Made by a program: the position numbers and the translations under genes. From assembly GCA_001949185.1 (NCBI GenBank), contig BDGG01000001.1, positions 62,001 through 126,000 of the forward strand: DNA of 64,000 nucleotides. Direction: 5' to 3'. This stretch comes from Ramazzottius varieornatus (Eukaryota > Animalia > Tardigrada). Position 1 is the stretch's first letter, and the number at the start of each line of letters is the position of its first letter. A model generated the notes under the pieces. That model searched no databases. It saw only the letters and a list, made by a program, of their open reading frames with translations, and had not been told where the DNA came from. Shown here in pieces: positions 14,770 through 26,147 of this stretch.

Positions 14770-16699
14770 TCTTAATACCTCCGATAATTTATGTACGTCA
14801 CTAATACGTTTTCTACAGAAATACACATGCTGCTTTTGCGATAGCTGACTTGCCGAAGAGGCTACGACGTCGGTGGAGTCAATCAAGAAGGTGAATCAAT
14901 CGCGCAAAGCTGTAGCGACTCTTGTCCGGTACTAGTACTAGTGAACCAGCTGTTCAGTCAAAGACTTCTAACACAAACTGGACCATAGCACTTCCGGCGG
15001 TTATCTGATGTGTTTACTCTCCCCAATTTACGCTTATTCAGGCACCTTTCCCGCTGTCCTACTGCTTTAGTTCTTGTATCTGTTACTGTTGAAACGGGGA
15101 AGCTGAAGAATCGTCCAGATAATCAAAACCAGCGACGAAAGCCGGCCGTACTGGAAAGACGAGCGCAGATCATCCACTTGATGGATCACGGTGTAAGTTG
15201 CTCACTACAAAATATCAGCTTCGTGTCAACAAATATGTTCTATCCTTATTTCAAGCTAAAGCTGGCGATCTGGCGGATCGTTTCGATATGACAGAGCGGA
15301 ATACGGTTGACCTACGAAAAGACCAGCGCTGTCGCTGCAGCTCTCAAAACTGGTCGTAGTGCCGTGAGGAAACAGAAGAGAACCACCGTGAAATTACAGT
15401 TTCCTGAGATCGAAGAGGGATGTTTGAAGTTCCTGAAGTGGGCCCGAAGCAAGCGCATACCTACCCGTCCTGTTTTCCTCCGAAACGCTGCCACTTTCAT
15501 TGCCTCTTCCTTGGGAATTGTCAGCTTCAAGTGCACCAACGGATGGTACGAGAAGTTCACCAAACGAAACGATATGAACCCGAAACGGCATCTTGGTAAA
15601 CCCTTCAAGAAATTAAAGAAATTTCTGAAGAAGTGGTCGTTCAAGGATTAGCCACTTTTACAAACTCTCATATTTTCTGGCGTGGAATCCAGTAAGGACT
15701 TGGTCGCTCTTGAAAAGTGGTTTCTGGATGATCTGCCGAAGACACTTCTCAACATCCACCCGAAAAATCTCCTCAATACTGACGAGACTGGACTGTGGTG
15801 GCGAAATGTGGGGTTTTGGTCGTTGATCATTGGTGGAAAGCAAGAAACGTGTGAAGGTCGCAAAAGATAGAATCACCATCTTCCTTCTCTGCCGGTGGCG
15901 AAAAGTTTGCCGTATGTGTGATCGGTATCGCCGAACGACCTCGAGCCTTTGATGAATGCCGTACATGATATTACGGTCGACGAGTACGGGTTTTCATACT
16001 AATATAACAGTACCGCCTGGATGACCACGACCATATTCAACTCCTGGCTGGACTGGCTTAATGGCGAGATGGTCAAGCAAAACCGAGTCGTTCTTCTGAT
16101 TGTGGACAACTTCATTGCCCATAAGGTTTCTTCCCGATCAAACGTCAAGCTTCACTTCTTCCCACCAAATTATACCGCACGAGCTCAGCAATTGGACGCC
16201 GGTATCATCAAGAGCTTCCAAGATAGTTTTAAACGTCATCTTTTCCAACGTGTCTTTGAAAGAATTCCCATTGTAAACGGAGTAGAAGATTTTGTGAAGG
16301 AGCTGACGATATTCGATGCAGTAGACTGGTCGTTCGAAGCCTGGAAAGATGTTAAACCCTCCACAGTCGTGAACTGTCCTCACAAATGTAAGATGGCAAG
16401 TGAGAAGTGGCAAGACGCTCATTCGGAAGTTCCTGCAGTTGTTCCTAGCACAAATTTTTCTGCCGCTCTGTTAGTTGTGCAGAATCTGGTTAGTTTTGAT
16501 GATGACTCGGTCTAATGTGTCGAACTTCTCGTAGTTTTACCTCTTGTCTGAGTCTTCTTATTATATATGTCTCCATACGATAAAAGAACTGAAATGACGT
16601 ACTCCATTGACGTAGAAGATATTTCGGCTTGATTTATCGCAAACTTCATTACAAGAGAGATAGCTGCGACGTACGTAAATTATTGGAGGTAATACAGTA
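14770..16699 (+). mobile_element. pogo/Tigger (CENP-B-like) DNA transposon, frameshifted transposase ~15130-16515
   Basis: HTH (FKCTNGWYEKF) and DDD triad NTDETG / IVDNF / QQLDAGII in broken frames; right TIR ...AAATTATTGGAGGTAATACAG|TA; degenerate left TIR AATACCTCCGATAATTTATGTACGTC at ~14774. Confidence 0.88.
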
Positions 16700-16874
16700 G
16701 GGCGTAATGTTGTATACTTTCTGACGTCGGATTTCTTTCGAGGTAGAGTGTACGCAAGCAAAGTCAAACGCTAGCTGATACTTGACTTTGACGCACGCTA
16801 TCCGATGCGACGTTCGTGCTGTGACGTGTTGAAGTTATTGCAGAGGCTATAGTGAATGAGCAATCCGCAGCCTC

Positions 16875-17047
16875 GAACAGCTGATCGGCTGATAGGCACT
16901 GTGTAAGACAATTTTCTATGGTTGAAGTTTACTGCGTTACGTCATGGGCTCGATTTCATTTCTGGTTGGCATTCAGAATGTAAATTTGCCGTCCTTCCCG
17001 CCTGTCCCATAATTTTTGCTGTAACGTAGTTATCCATCGTGCGTGTA
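16875..17047 (-). mobile_element. CACGC-type TIR element end (inverted)
   Basis: Reverse complement matches 19110-19267 over ~160 bp and the terminus at 7122. Confidence 0.75.
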
Positions 17048-17143
17048 CAGAATCCACTTGCGTGTCAGTCTTGCCCTAGGGCCTGCTAGACGTACACCAA
17101 GCAGCACGCCAAGCTGAAATCTCAACTACGCCTCTCTTGCGTT

Positions 17144-18318
17144 GGCACGTTCTAAACCCTGGGCCTGGCACTTGTACTTGGAACTTGTAATTTGTAATTG
17201 TCATGCCGCATGCGTATCTGTATCTTTTACTTGTAACGTGTAAAGTTAAGGAAGATTCTGTGGAGATGTGTGGTAAACTGATGAGCAAAAAATTTGCGAT
17301 GCCGGCAGACAAAATGTGCAGGATCATTGTATCAAGTGGCGCACGTTGCCAGCCAGTACTGATGAATACTTGCGCCACTGATATAACGGTTGTACACGCG
17401 CTGGTTCCCAGCCTCCCGTTCCCGGAACAAGTCGAGCAACTCTCACAGTATTTCGTACTTGAGCCCATCCATCAGTGACAGAAGAGATTAAAACAGCGGC
17501 TTGTCTGCCGTTCTGACAATAGGATTACGTTCATCCTCTGCATTCGAGGCTGAAATGCCACCACAAAGCTACATGAAAATCTTCTCCACAGTCTGGGCGA
17601 ATACCCTTGACTGTCCATGGAATAGATTATATTATTGTAGTACGAATTGAGATGGACGCCGGAAGTGTAGTATTCCGGTGCAATCAGTGTTGGCGCCAAC
17701 CGGCAAACGCGAACGAGCATACTGTCGGGATGATGACATTGCCTTTATAGTATTTCTGCCCAGACATACATTGGTTTCTTGCGCTGTTCAGAGAGCAACT
17801 TCCAGACTGTCTACTAAAATCTGAGCAACGTTTTCGGGTTAGTTTTTTTGTAACACCTGAGCATCACTGATGAAAAGGCGCTGTGCTGTCACTGATGAAA
17901 AGGATCTTGCTGTCCCACACAGAAATCTTACGAGAGAGATGTCTGAAATATTCCAGTCTTTGGAATACGTCAGCCCTTTTGCGAATTTTGGTTATTGTCA
18001 ATCAAAAGAATCATGACAAGTATGTACAAAACGTCAAAGGCGTTGTTCGTGGAACGGGAGACCGGAAACAGCGCGTGCACGTTATCTCAGTGGCGCAAAT
18101 TTCCATCAGTAGTGGCCGGCAACGGGAGACACTTGATACAATGATCCTGCACACTTTGTCTGCCGGCATCGCAAATGTTTCGCTCATCAGTTTGCCACAC
18201 ATCTTCACAGAATCTTCCTTAACTTTACACGTTACCAGTACAAAATACAGATACGCAGGCGGCATGACAATTACAAATTACAAGTTCCAAGTGCCAGGCC
18301 CAGGGATAAGAACGTGCC
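17144..18318. mobile_element. Non-autonomous Mutator-like (MULE/foldback) element
   Basis: ~280-bp TIRs (17144-~17422 vs ~18051-18318) starting GGCACGTTCT; perfect 9-bp TSD TCTTGCGTT at 17135-17143 and 18319-18327. Confidence 0.92.
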
Positions 18319-18704
18319 TCTTGCGTTGCGTGGGCACGTTGTACGCCATGCTTCTGCCTATAGTTCACCTGTACTATGCCACCCTTCTATCTCTGGACAG
18401 GCGGATGCTGTACTACTGGAACTTAAACCCTACTACCTCTTTTGCCATATCTATCCCTGGTGTCGGTACCGCACCACCCGCTGCCGTATGCCGGAAACGC
18501 CATGTTTACTTTTGGCCGCCGTCTTTACGCTATACGCTCAAAGAGGTCAGTTGGCCATCCCCGGGTCAGGTGTCCACGAGGAACACACATTGGACTTCCC
18601 TCTGCAAACTGGCATCGGCAGCAGAACCGCAGTAGGTAATTTAGCTCACTGAAACAAAAGAGTATAGTCAGAGGAAGAAGCTCAGCAAGCTAGGTCTCTT
18701 CTAG

Positions 18705-19096
18705 CATTCAAGATGAAGGCCTGTGGTACCTTCAGTCAAGCATCGGCCACTTTCGACTCCAACGAGATGACCATGGAGAAAGGCCAGTGTCAGACAACGA
18801 CCAATGTTCGCTTCCATGGAAAGTATATCTTTGGAAGCCACACGGACCTGGGACACAGCTACGATCTCCTCATAGCTAACATGCAAGGCGACTACACATG
18901 CAAAGTTGTGAAGGGTTTCCGTATTTGTACTTGTGACACCAGCCTGTGCAACAAAGAAATGGGCTCGGAATCAAAAAGTCTGAACGATATCGAGGCGGCA
19001 GTGTCATCAACAGCCGCAAGCTCGTCCACTGTCAGCATACTTGTCAGCATTTTTACCCTTCTTGTAGTCTTTCATCGAACGAATATTGTAACATGA
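18705..19096 (+). CDS. Ly6/three-finger GPI-anchored protein, terminal exon (paralogue of 6570-6919)
   Basis: Phase-1 acceptor TCTCTTCTAG|; KAC...GQCQT...ICTCDTSLCN, Ser-rich linker and hydrophobic tail. A possible degenerate upstream exon lies at ~18400-18565. Confidence 0.7.
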
Positions 19097-19109
19097 TCTT
19101 GTTATACTG

Positions 19110-19267
19110 TACACGCACGACGAGATATTACGGGCCAGTAAAAGTTACGGGCCAGGCGGAAAAGACGGCTAATTTACAATTGTATATTGAAGTCAGAAAC
19201 AGAAATCGCACAAACGACAACCATAGAAAATTGTCATTGACAGTGGCCATCAGCTGATCAGCTGTTT
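19110..19267 (+). mobile_element. CACGC-type TIR element end
   Basis: TACACGCACGACGAGATATTACGGGCCAGTAAAAGTTACGGGCCAGGCGG; homologous to 16875-17047 (reverse complement). Confidence 0.75.
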
Positions 19268-19455
19268 TACTCTAACGATCCTATGCTGCTGTCGACTTTC
19301 TCCCGGAGGCCGGAGCCCAAGACCAACTAGATACAGTCTTTCCGGAGCCTTGGAATAGTTTGAACTGTTGAAGGTTATAATGAACATCTGACTGCTATAA
19401 CAATAATACAAGGAAACAATAACTGCGGTTTTCAGACAGGAAAACTACCGGTGTA

Positions 19456-19997
19456 CTNNNNNNNNNNNNNNNNNNNNNNNNNNNNNNNNNNNNNNNNNNN
19501 NNNNNNNACTCGACGATAGAAATGCTATACCCGCGTTTTTCTACCCAGGATCGTGGATAGTATTTACTGAACAGCGTGGAAACCGATCAGCCGATCCCAT
19601 ATTGAAGGACCATCCAACATGAAGTGGTCCTTGATTGACTCAAGTTGATTGGTCAAGACCGACCGAAAAATCCAGTGTTCACCCGCGTCGTTCGCATGAA
19701 CATAACTCTGCAGTCCGCTGTCAGATCTGCACTTCCTTGGGTTCAAAATGAAGCCAAGGAACTGATCTTTTGAACGCAAGACAAGAACGAATCACATTGT
19801 GCAGACAAGTGACTAAAACTAAACTCAAGTACGACGGGACACATGGCTGCCGTTGGTTTGACGAGAATGTTGTGACGTTAAAATACGTCATGGAATCAGC
19901 TGTTCAACTCCATTCTCTCCGTAAATACTATCCACGATCCTGGGTAGAAAAGCGCGGGTAGGGCATTTCTATCGTCGAGTTGAACGAGATTTTACAG
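19456..19997. mobile_element. TIR element (CTGTA-type ends) at the truncated 3' end of Argonaute, overlapping a small gap
   Basis: 19508-19568 is the reverse complement of 19921-19980; right end ...GAGATTTTACAG|TA. Confidence 0.65.
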
Positions 19998-22900
19998 TAC
20001 ACCGGCGTCTGGAAAGTCAAACAGTCGTTCACTTCTTCAGCTGAAATGGGAGGCCGGCAAACGAAACGAACAAGACCTTTTGCACAAGTAGCGCATCCTT
20101 CCAGCCAATAATAGTGGGACAGCGCCACTTGAACAAAACAAACAAACTCGACGAGACTATTACCTCAACTGGCGCACGCTTCCAGCCAATAACACTGAAA
20201 ATATGCGTCACTTGAAACGACGGTCTTGAAGGTTTCGTTTCAAATTGCAAACTTGTTCCACGAATGGCTGGACTGAAACTTACGGGAATGCCAACAATGC
20301 GGTTGCAACGAGCGTACAAGAAAATGAGGTAGAAGGAAAAGAGTTGGATTTGGTCGGATGTCAGCGTGGAGTCGTCGTGAAGGACATCGTAGTGGGCTGG
20401 ATGAGAAGTTCCCTGTTCTCAGTAACAAATGTCAGACCATAACTCGTCGTCCAGCGGTTCGTTTCATTACTAGTATTATGATTATCACATACCTGAATGC
20501 CGCCATGCGAGCATAAATAGTAGTCGAACTCTGAGAAATGAGTGATCTTCACGTCGGCAATGGTGCCTGAGGAAAAGAAGCAAACCCCTCTTCCCCACCG
20601 CGCCTGCTTCTCGCACGGTATCCACTGCGTTCGAACTCGCGAGAAGTCAACTGTACCTGTAGGGACATTCTTAGCTCGTCCAGCTTGGTCCGCTGGATTG
20701 GTCGCGAACAAGCGAATATGATGACGCTTTCCGACGATGATGTATGTGATGGGCGGAATGGGTTTGTCGGCGTAGGCCTCAAAGCAAGCCTCCCGGATAG
20801 CTTCAACTTCCATCTTCATCACCTGCAAAAGTCACCTATATAGTCAATGACACATACAAAGATTTGAGCCGGGACGAGAAAACCCAAGAAGAACGTTGTT
20901 CCAAGTGACGTGCGCCATTAGCCGTTAAGACTGGAAGTCTGGCCAGTATTGGGGAAAATAAACATAAGAACCAACTAATTTTCCAAGTGGCGCACGTACA
21001 ACCTGCGCCACTTAGGAAAAGATTTTCGGAGTTGGTTTGCCGAGGTGCCAAAAAATATTTACGAATGGAGGATTACCTCTTTGTACTGGCCCTCAGAGAC
21101 ACCATCACGGTAGAAGATGATCAGGGTAGGCAGGGCTTTGTTGTTAACGGTGTAGAACTTTTCCAGCAGGTCCAGGACCATGTCGCCCAAGTCGGTAATG
21201 ATCTCCTGCGTCTTGGACTTTTTCTTCAGGGAAGTAGACTCTTGCACTTTCTTGTGCTGGGCTCGAACCTCTGCAACGTATTCGGTATAGGTCTCATTGG
21301 TGCTGGCTACAACTGCCGCCACTGAAGGCTTGCCCACATCTTCACCGAAGCCGGGATGAGTAACGTCCGCCCCCAAGACCATCGTCACCTGCACAAAATT
21401 ATTTTATTTCTTTCGTTTTGATAGTATCTCATTCTATACCATTTTATTTCCATTCTTCTTCTTTGTGTTCGCTATTATCAACGGATCTTTGAGATTACCT
21501 CTTGGGTGAAGGCTTTCAGCATGGGGAAGGTCTTGTCGTCATAGTGCAAGAACTGATTCAATATATCCCTGAAGCACTCGTCTTATGGAAAGGGCCGGCA
21601 AAGGAAATCACAAGATCACCATTTCAAGCGGGGAAGTGCGCCCACTCTGGAGAAAGATCTTGTCAAGTTTGATTGTTTTCTCGATAGGCGCATGCTTTCC
21701 GTGTTACTGGCTGGTAGTGTGCGCCACTCTGCAAGACGATCTTGTACGTCTCCTTTGCCGGCTTTCAAATTAATTTTGAAGGGCTCGATAAGGGTTGTCC
21801 GTTGAATGGAAATCTTCTAGCAGGGTGTGAAATCAGTTGTTGTACCGTCAATGAGATCGGTGAAGATGGGACATTGAGTCTTCATGGGGACATCGTAGGG
21901 TAGGCCGCCGACTCTTTGGACAAGCGCTTGATTGTGTAAGTCCAGTTATTGTTGGAGTTCTTGGTGCAGACCTTGAGGTTCTTGCAGTCGAACATGAGTT
22001 GTTTGCGCTGTTGGTCGGTCACTGTCGGCAGTGAAGTTGGGAGGAAGACCCAACAGCTTGGCCATGAACTCGTGCAGCGAACCCTTCCCGTAAAACACTA
22101 CAAACAAAAGAAAGCTTACACCGCCAGGACACAAGAAATAACCGTAGACAGAGATTTACAAACGTCAAAAGTCAAAATCACAGATCAAACTTACCGCAGT
22201 GCGACACGTCGATGTTCAATGACAACTACAAATGACAACGACCTACGTGAGTCTGAACTGGACGAGCGGACTGCAATGAGAAGAAAACATAAAATAAATG
22301 AAAATTACTGTCCGTTAAATACTGGAATTTACGGCATTTTAAACTGTGTGATTTATTTAGGTTTTCTCATTTGATTCCCGGCTTTGCTAAAGATGTCCTT
22401 ACCGCATAGAAGCCGACCCACAGTACGCGGCCTTTGCCCTACGTAAATGCGTTGTGGTTCTCGCTGAAGTAGGAGCGTTCCGAAGGGATGTTGTGGTTGC
22501 CGGTGATGGCGGCTTCGCGTAAGACCGTATTGAGACAGGAGATGACTTCGAGAGGCAGGACTTCCATCCAGCCTTGGATGGCGTCGTTCAGCGAACTCTA
22601 GGCGATCTTCTTGGGCCTGCACTCCTGTATTAGTAGGCGGAAGGTCCGTTGCCTGTACTCGGCGTCTTTGGGGATGGACATGGTTCGCTCCAATGTCTTG
22701 CTGCTGGCATTCTCCATGGCCAGCTCGCTGGTGCTAAAGAGGTTGCTTTCGCCGTCGAAAGTTGGAATGGTGCCGCTGAACACCTTCTGACCTGCATCAA
22801 AGACCACATCACAATCAAACTGTCCATTAATTTTCAAGGCGAAAACCATTTCATGGAAATGCCGTTTCGAGTACTGTATTCTCTCCGGTAATTTCCCTAC

Positions 22901-23944
22901 GTCACTCGAACGGTTTTCACAAATGATGCAAGAGTAAAATTGCGGTATCTGCCACAGTGGCAAAACCGTGCCGTCATTAGACTCAATCAGGGACATGCAA
23001 TCAAGCGCAAGCGTGTATTTAGTTTCAAACAAAGATTAATCAGCTGTTCAACAGAAGGTTTCTTCGTATCCCTCAGACAATTCATATCAGACAAGTCTTG
23101 TGAGTTTCGATGACGATGTGTTGTAGATACTGCAGTGTAGTGTTGATTTTACCTCTTAAAACTTGTGTTTCCTTGTGATCGTTTCGTTCTTGCTGTGCAA
23201 ATTTTTGTTTAAAATGACGTAGTAAACTGACGTAGAGCGAAATCTGCCTGTTCGCTTCGCAAACTCTTTAATAAAAGTATCGCCTGTGACGTAGGGAAAT
23301 TACTGGAGAGAATACAGTAGCCCGAAAAATATTTGGAATACCCCACACAATTCTACGCGCTTGTCTTTTTTATTGATATAACTATTGGATTTTTTTTACA
23401 GAAGTAGATATCCAAAGAAAATTGAATCTCTTTTCCAAACTCTCGATTCGGTTGTGCACAAAATAGGAGCACGGCAGACAACTCGATAAGATTACTTTCC
23501 ATATTGGCGCACACTATCGATGTTACTGGCTAACAGCGTGCGCCACTCAAAGAAATAATCAGGCTCAGTTTGTTTGCCAAATTTCCAAATGTATGTTGAA
23601 GACAACTTTGCTGAGAATGTTGATGACAAACCTTCCTGTTGCTGGAGAATTTCGATGGCTCGTCTCTTAACCTATTTTGAGACCATCTTTTCGGGCAGGA
23701 CGATGAGGGGCGGTGGTTGGGCAGAAGGATGGCGCATGGACATGCGCGACATGCTGTGGGCCAGCGGGTCTCGAGCATCTCCGCCCCCAGCTTGGAGGCG
23801 CGGACGACCCACCATCTTCATGTCGATGTGGTAATGGAAGAAGTGGCCGCTGGTGGGCACAGTCAGGGCAAAATGGTTGGCTTTCAGGGCGATGGCACGA
23901 CCCAGCGTACCCACGTCGGGCCGCTTAATCGACACCAACTCCAT
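19998..23944 (-). pseudogene. AGO: Argonaute (AGO-clade-like) pseudogene
   Basis: N domain RPDVGTLGRAIALKANHF; PIWI motifs LGADVTHP, PSVAAVVAS, IFYRDGVSEGQ, KRHHIRLF, YLCSHGGIQGTSHPAHY, YARC. In-frame TAG at 22598-22600 and 22439-22441; too little sequence for PAZ-L2-MID; C-terminus lost. Confidence 0.88.
22874..23317. mobile_element. pogo-derived MITE inside Argonaute, TA TSD
   Basis: 32-bp TIRs CTGTATTCTCTCCGGTAATTTCCCTACGTCAC / GTGACGTAGGGAAATTACTGGAGAGAATACAG (1 mismatch); right part homologous to 16535-16699. Confidence 0.92.
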
Positions 23945-26147
23945 GCTGGCCGCCTACTTCCTGAAAAAAAGCAAAGAAATGACACAGGACCAATCCTAGA
24001 TCTCAAACTCGAAAATGAAAGACATTTATCAAAAGAATGTAAACTGCACTTCCGCGGAGAGAAGAGTCGGTAGTCAGCAAGTGTGGTATAAGCTAAACGA
24101 CGGACGATCTCAAACATGAATTCGAAATATGAAAATTAGAATGCGCAAGTTTGTTGATTGTAGGTGGAGCCAGTAGCCATCTCGACCGCCTGCTGGCTAC
24201 CCATTTAATGACGTCACGGCCAAAGGCGATTGACTGACTTGATTGTTTGAACGCGCTGCTCGACTGTGCATTCGTGCCTTTAGGTCACAGGTCGGCTAGG
24301 GCCGGAAGTGGTGGAAAAACGACCACCCTAAACGGCTCTGATATATAAGAGGTGGAAATTCCCATCCTGGAAGAACAGGGTGGGAACGGCAGGCTGGAAA
24401 AGCTGGGGGCAGGTGATAGGGTGGGAATACCGGTTTTCCGTGAGATCAGACCCGGAAACCACAAGTTCTTAAAAGTTCCTGGTGTCTAGTTGAAGGTTGC
24501 CCAGTTAACCGCCTCATTTGTACCCTATAGAGTGATGACTGTCCATAACTGTGGCCCGTCCTCCCTCTAGAAATACAGTCAAGCCGCTTGGATTACCTCT
24601 ATCTTTGCGACGGTCATGGGGTCGACAAATTCAGCAAATTCTTCTTATGTGCGCGACACGAATAAAATACGGGACTGCAGAAACACTGCGACTCTGGTTT
24701 CAGTAGCTCAAACAGAAGATGCAACATGACCCCAAAAGGTGTACGAAACTTCTAAAGCTATGGAAAGTGGTATTGAAGTCGAGTTTGCTGTTAGACGAAA
24801 CGACACCGCTACTGCTTGGCGCCATCCTCTGCGAAGTTTCGCCAATACCACGGCTCCCATTTACAAACCGTATCAGAATTTCCGACTCGATATTAGCGCG
24901 AAAAACAGCTCCGATGCCCGACCCGCCGGTGCGGAGGCCCACTAATATTTCGTGAGTTGTTCACGGGAAAGAAATCATGGCTCCACTCGAGTTACCTACC
25001 AAAGCTTTTCAGTGATACACCGCTGATATTGTAACGTTTGATTCCATAAGCCAAGACATAATATTTCTGTGGGGCTTTAGAGAAATGTCGCGGCATGGCA
25101 CAAGAACTATTGCACTGCAATACACTTTACTACAACTAAGTGGCTTTCACAAAACGCGCTTCCTGGTTTCGCGTTCGTACACTTCCCATCATCATCAAAA
25201 TATCAGGTCTTAAGATATCACTTTGCGGTTTTCGACATACCACTTTCGATCATTGTCGCAGACTTCATAGAGCGACCTTCGAAACATCGAAACTAGAAGC
25301 TTCATTGTGGCTCGCGGTGCGCCACACACCTCGCTTCGATCTGCAACGACCACGCAAACCAATAGTGATGTCTGGAGTTTCCCTATAGTTTTTCGAACGC
25401 TTCGAAAACAAAGGCAAAGCAAGAAGAGAAAAGCGAATGTGGAATGAATTCTCCGCATTTGGTTCAGAAGGCAACAAAGCTATGGCTGCGCATGAAGCGG
25501 GAGGTACTACGCAGTACACACAAGGGTTGAAAGCGACAGAGGGATGGCTTTTCTTTATATCACTATAAACAGATTTTGCAGTTCTCATAAATTTTCCTCA
25601 TTTTGAAAGAAAGTAATTTTCTGTCGTTTCTGTCGTTCCAGAAACGGTAGATTGTATTTATTTTTGTGATTTAGCACTTCACCTTAGTTTCATACTGTTT
25701 GAAAGGCGTTCTGTTTTACTGCGTTAAAACTGCCCGTGGTTTAGTCATTGCTGCCTCAGTTGACGGAAAGAAATTGCGATAACTCTTGAAAAATTTTTAC
25801 AGTTTATGTATCATTAAATTACCGGCCTCAAGGAAAAAAGTAATCAGTCAATCAAGTGTGGGAGAAAGTGATATAGGCTATATCGTTTCCCACCCCAGAG
25901 TAGCTTGCTAGCCTAGCCCTGCTTTGGATACAGTTCAAACTGCGCTGTTGCTCCGCGACCAGACGGCATACTTCCCTCTTGGCCAGGATCTTGGCCACTG
26001 GGAAAAGGTACCGGAAGTAGTGGCGCCACAGTCGCATTTTGCTGGTTCATCAAATTTTTGGGGAAGTTGCCTTCTTTGGAACTTGGTATGCGAGCAAGAA
26101 TTTTGTTCAGGAATATTTCTTATGGATTTTCCTGATCGTGAGGGAGA

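Noticed and set aside
17076-18635. Paired ORFs 17076-17478 and 17883-18635 as duplicated genes
   Set aside because: They are translations of the MULE inverted repeats.
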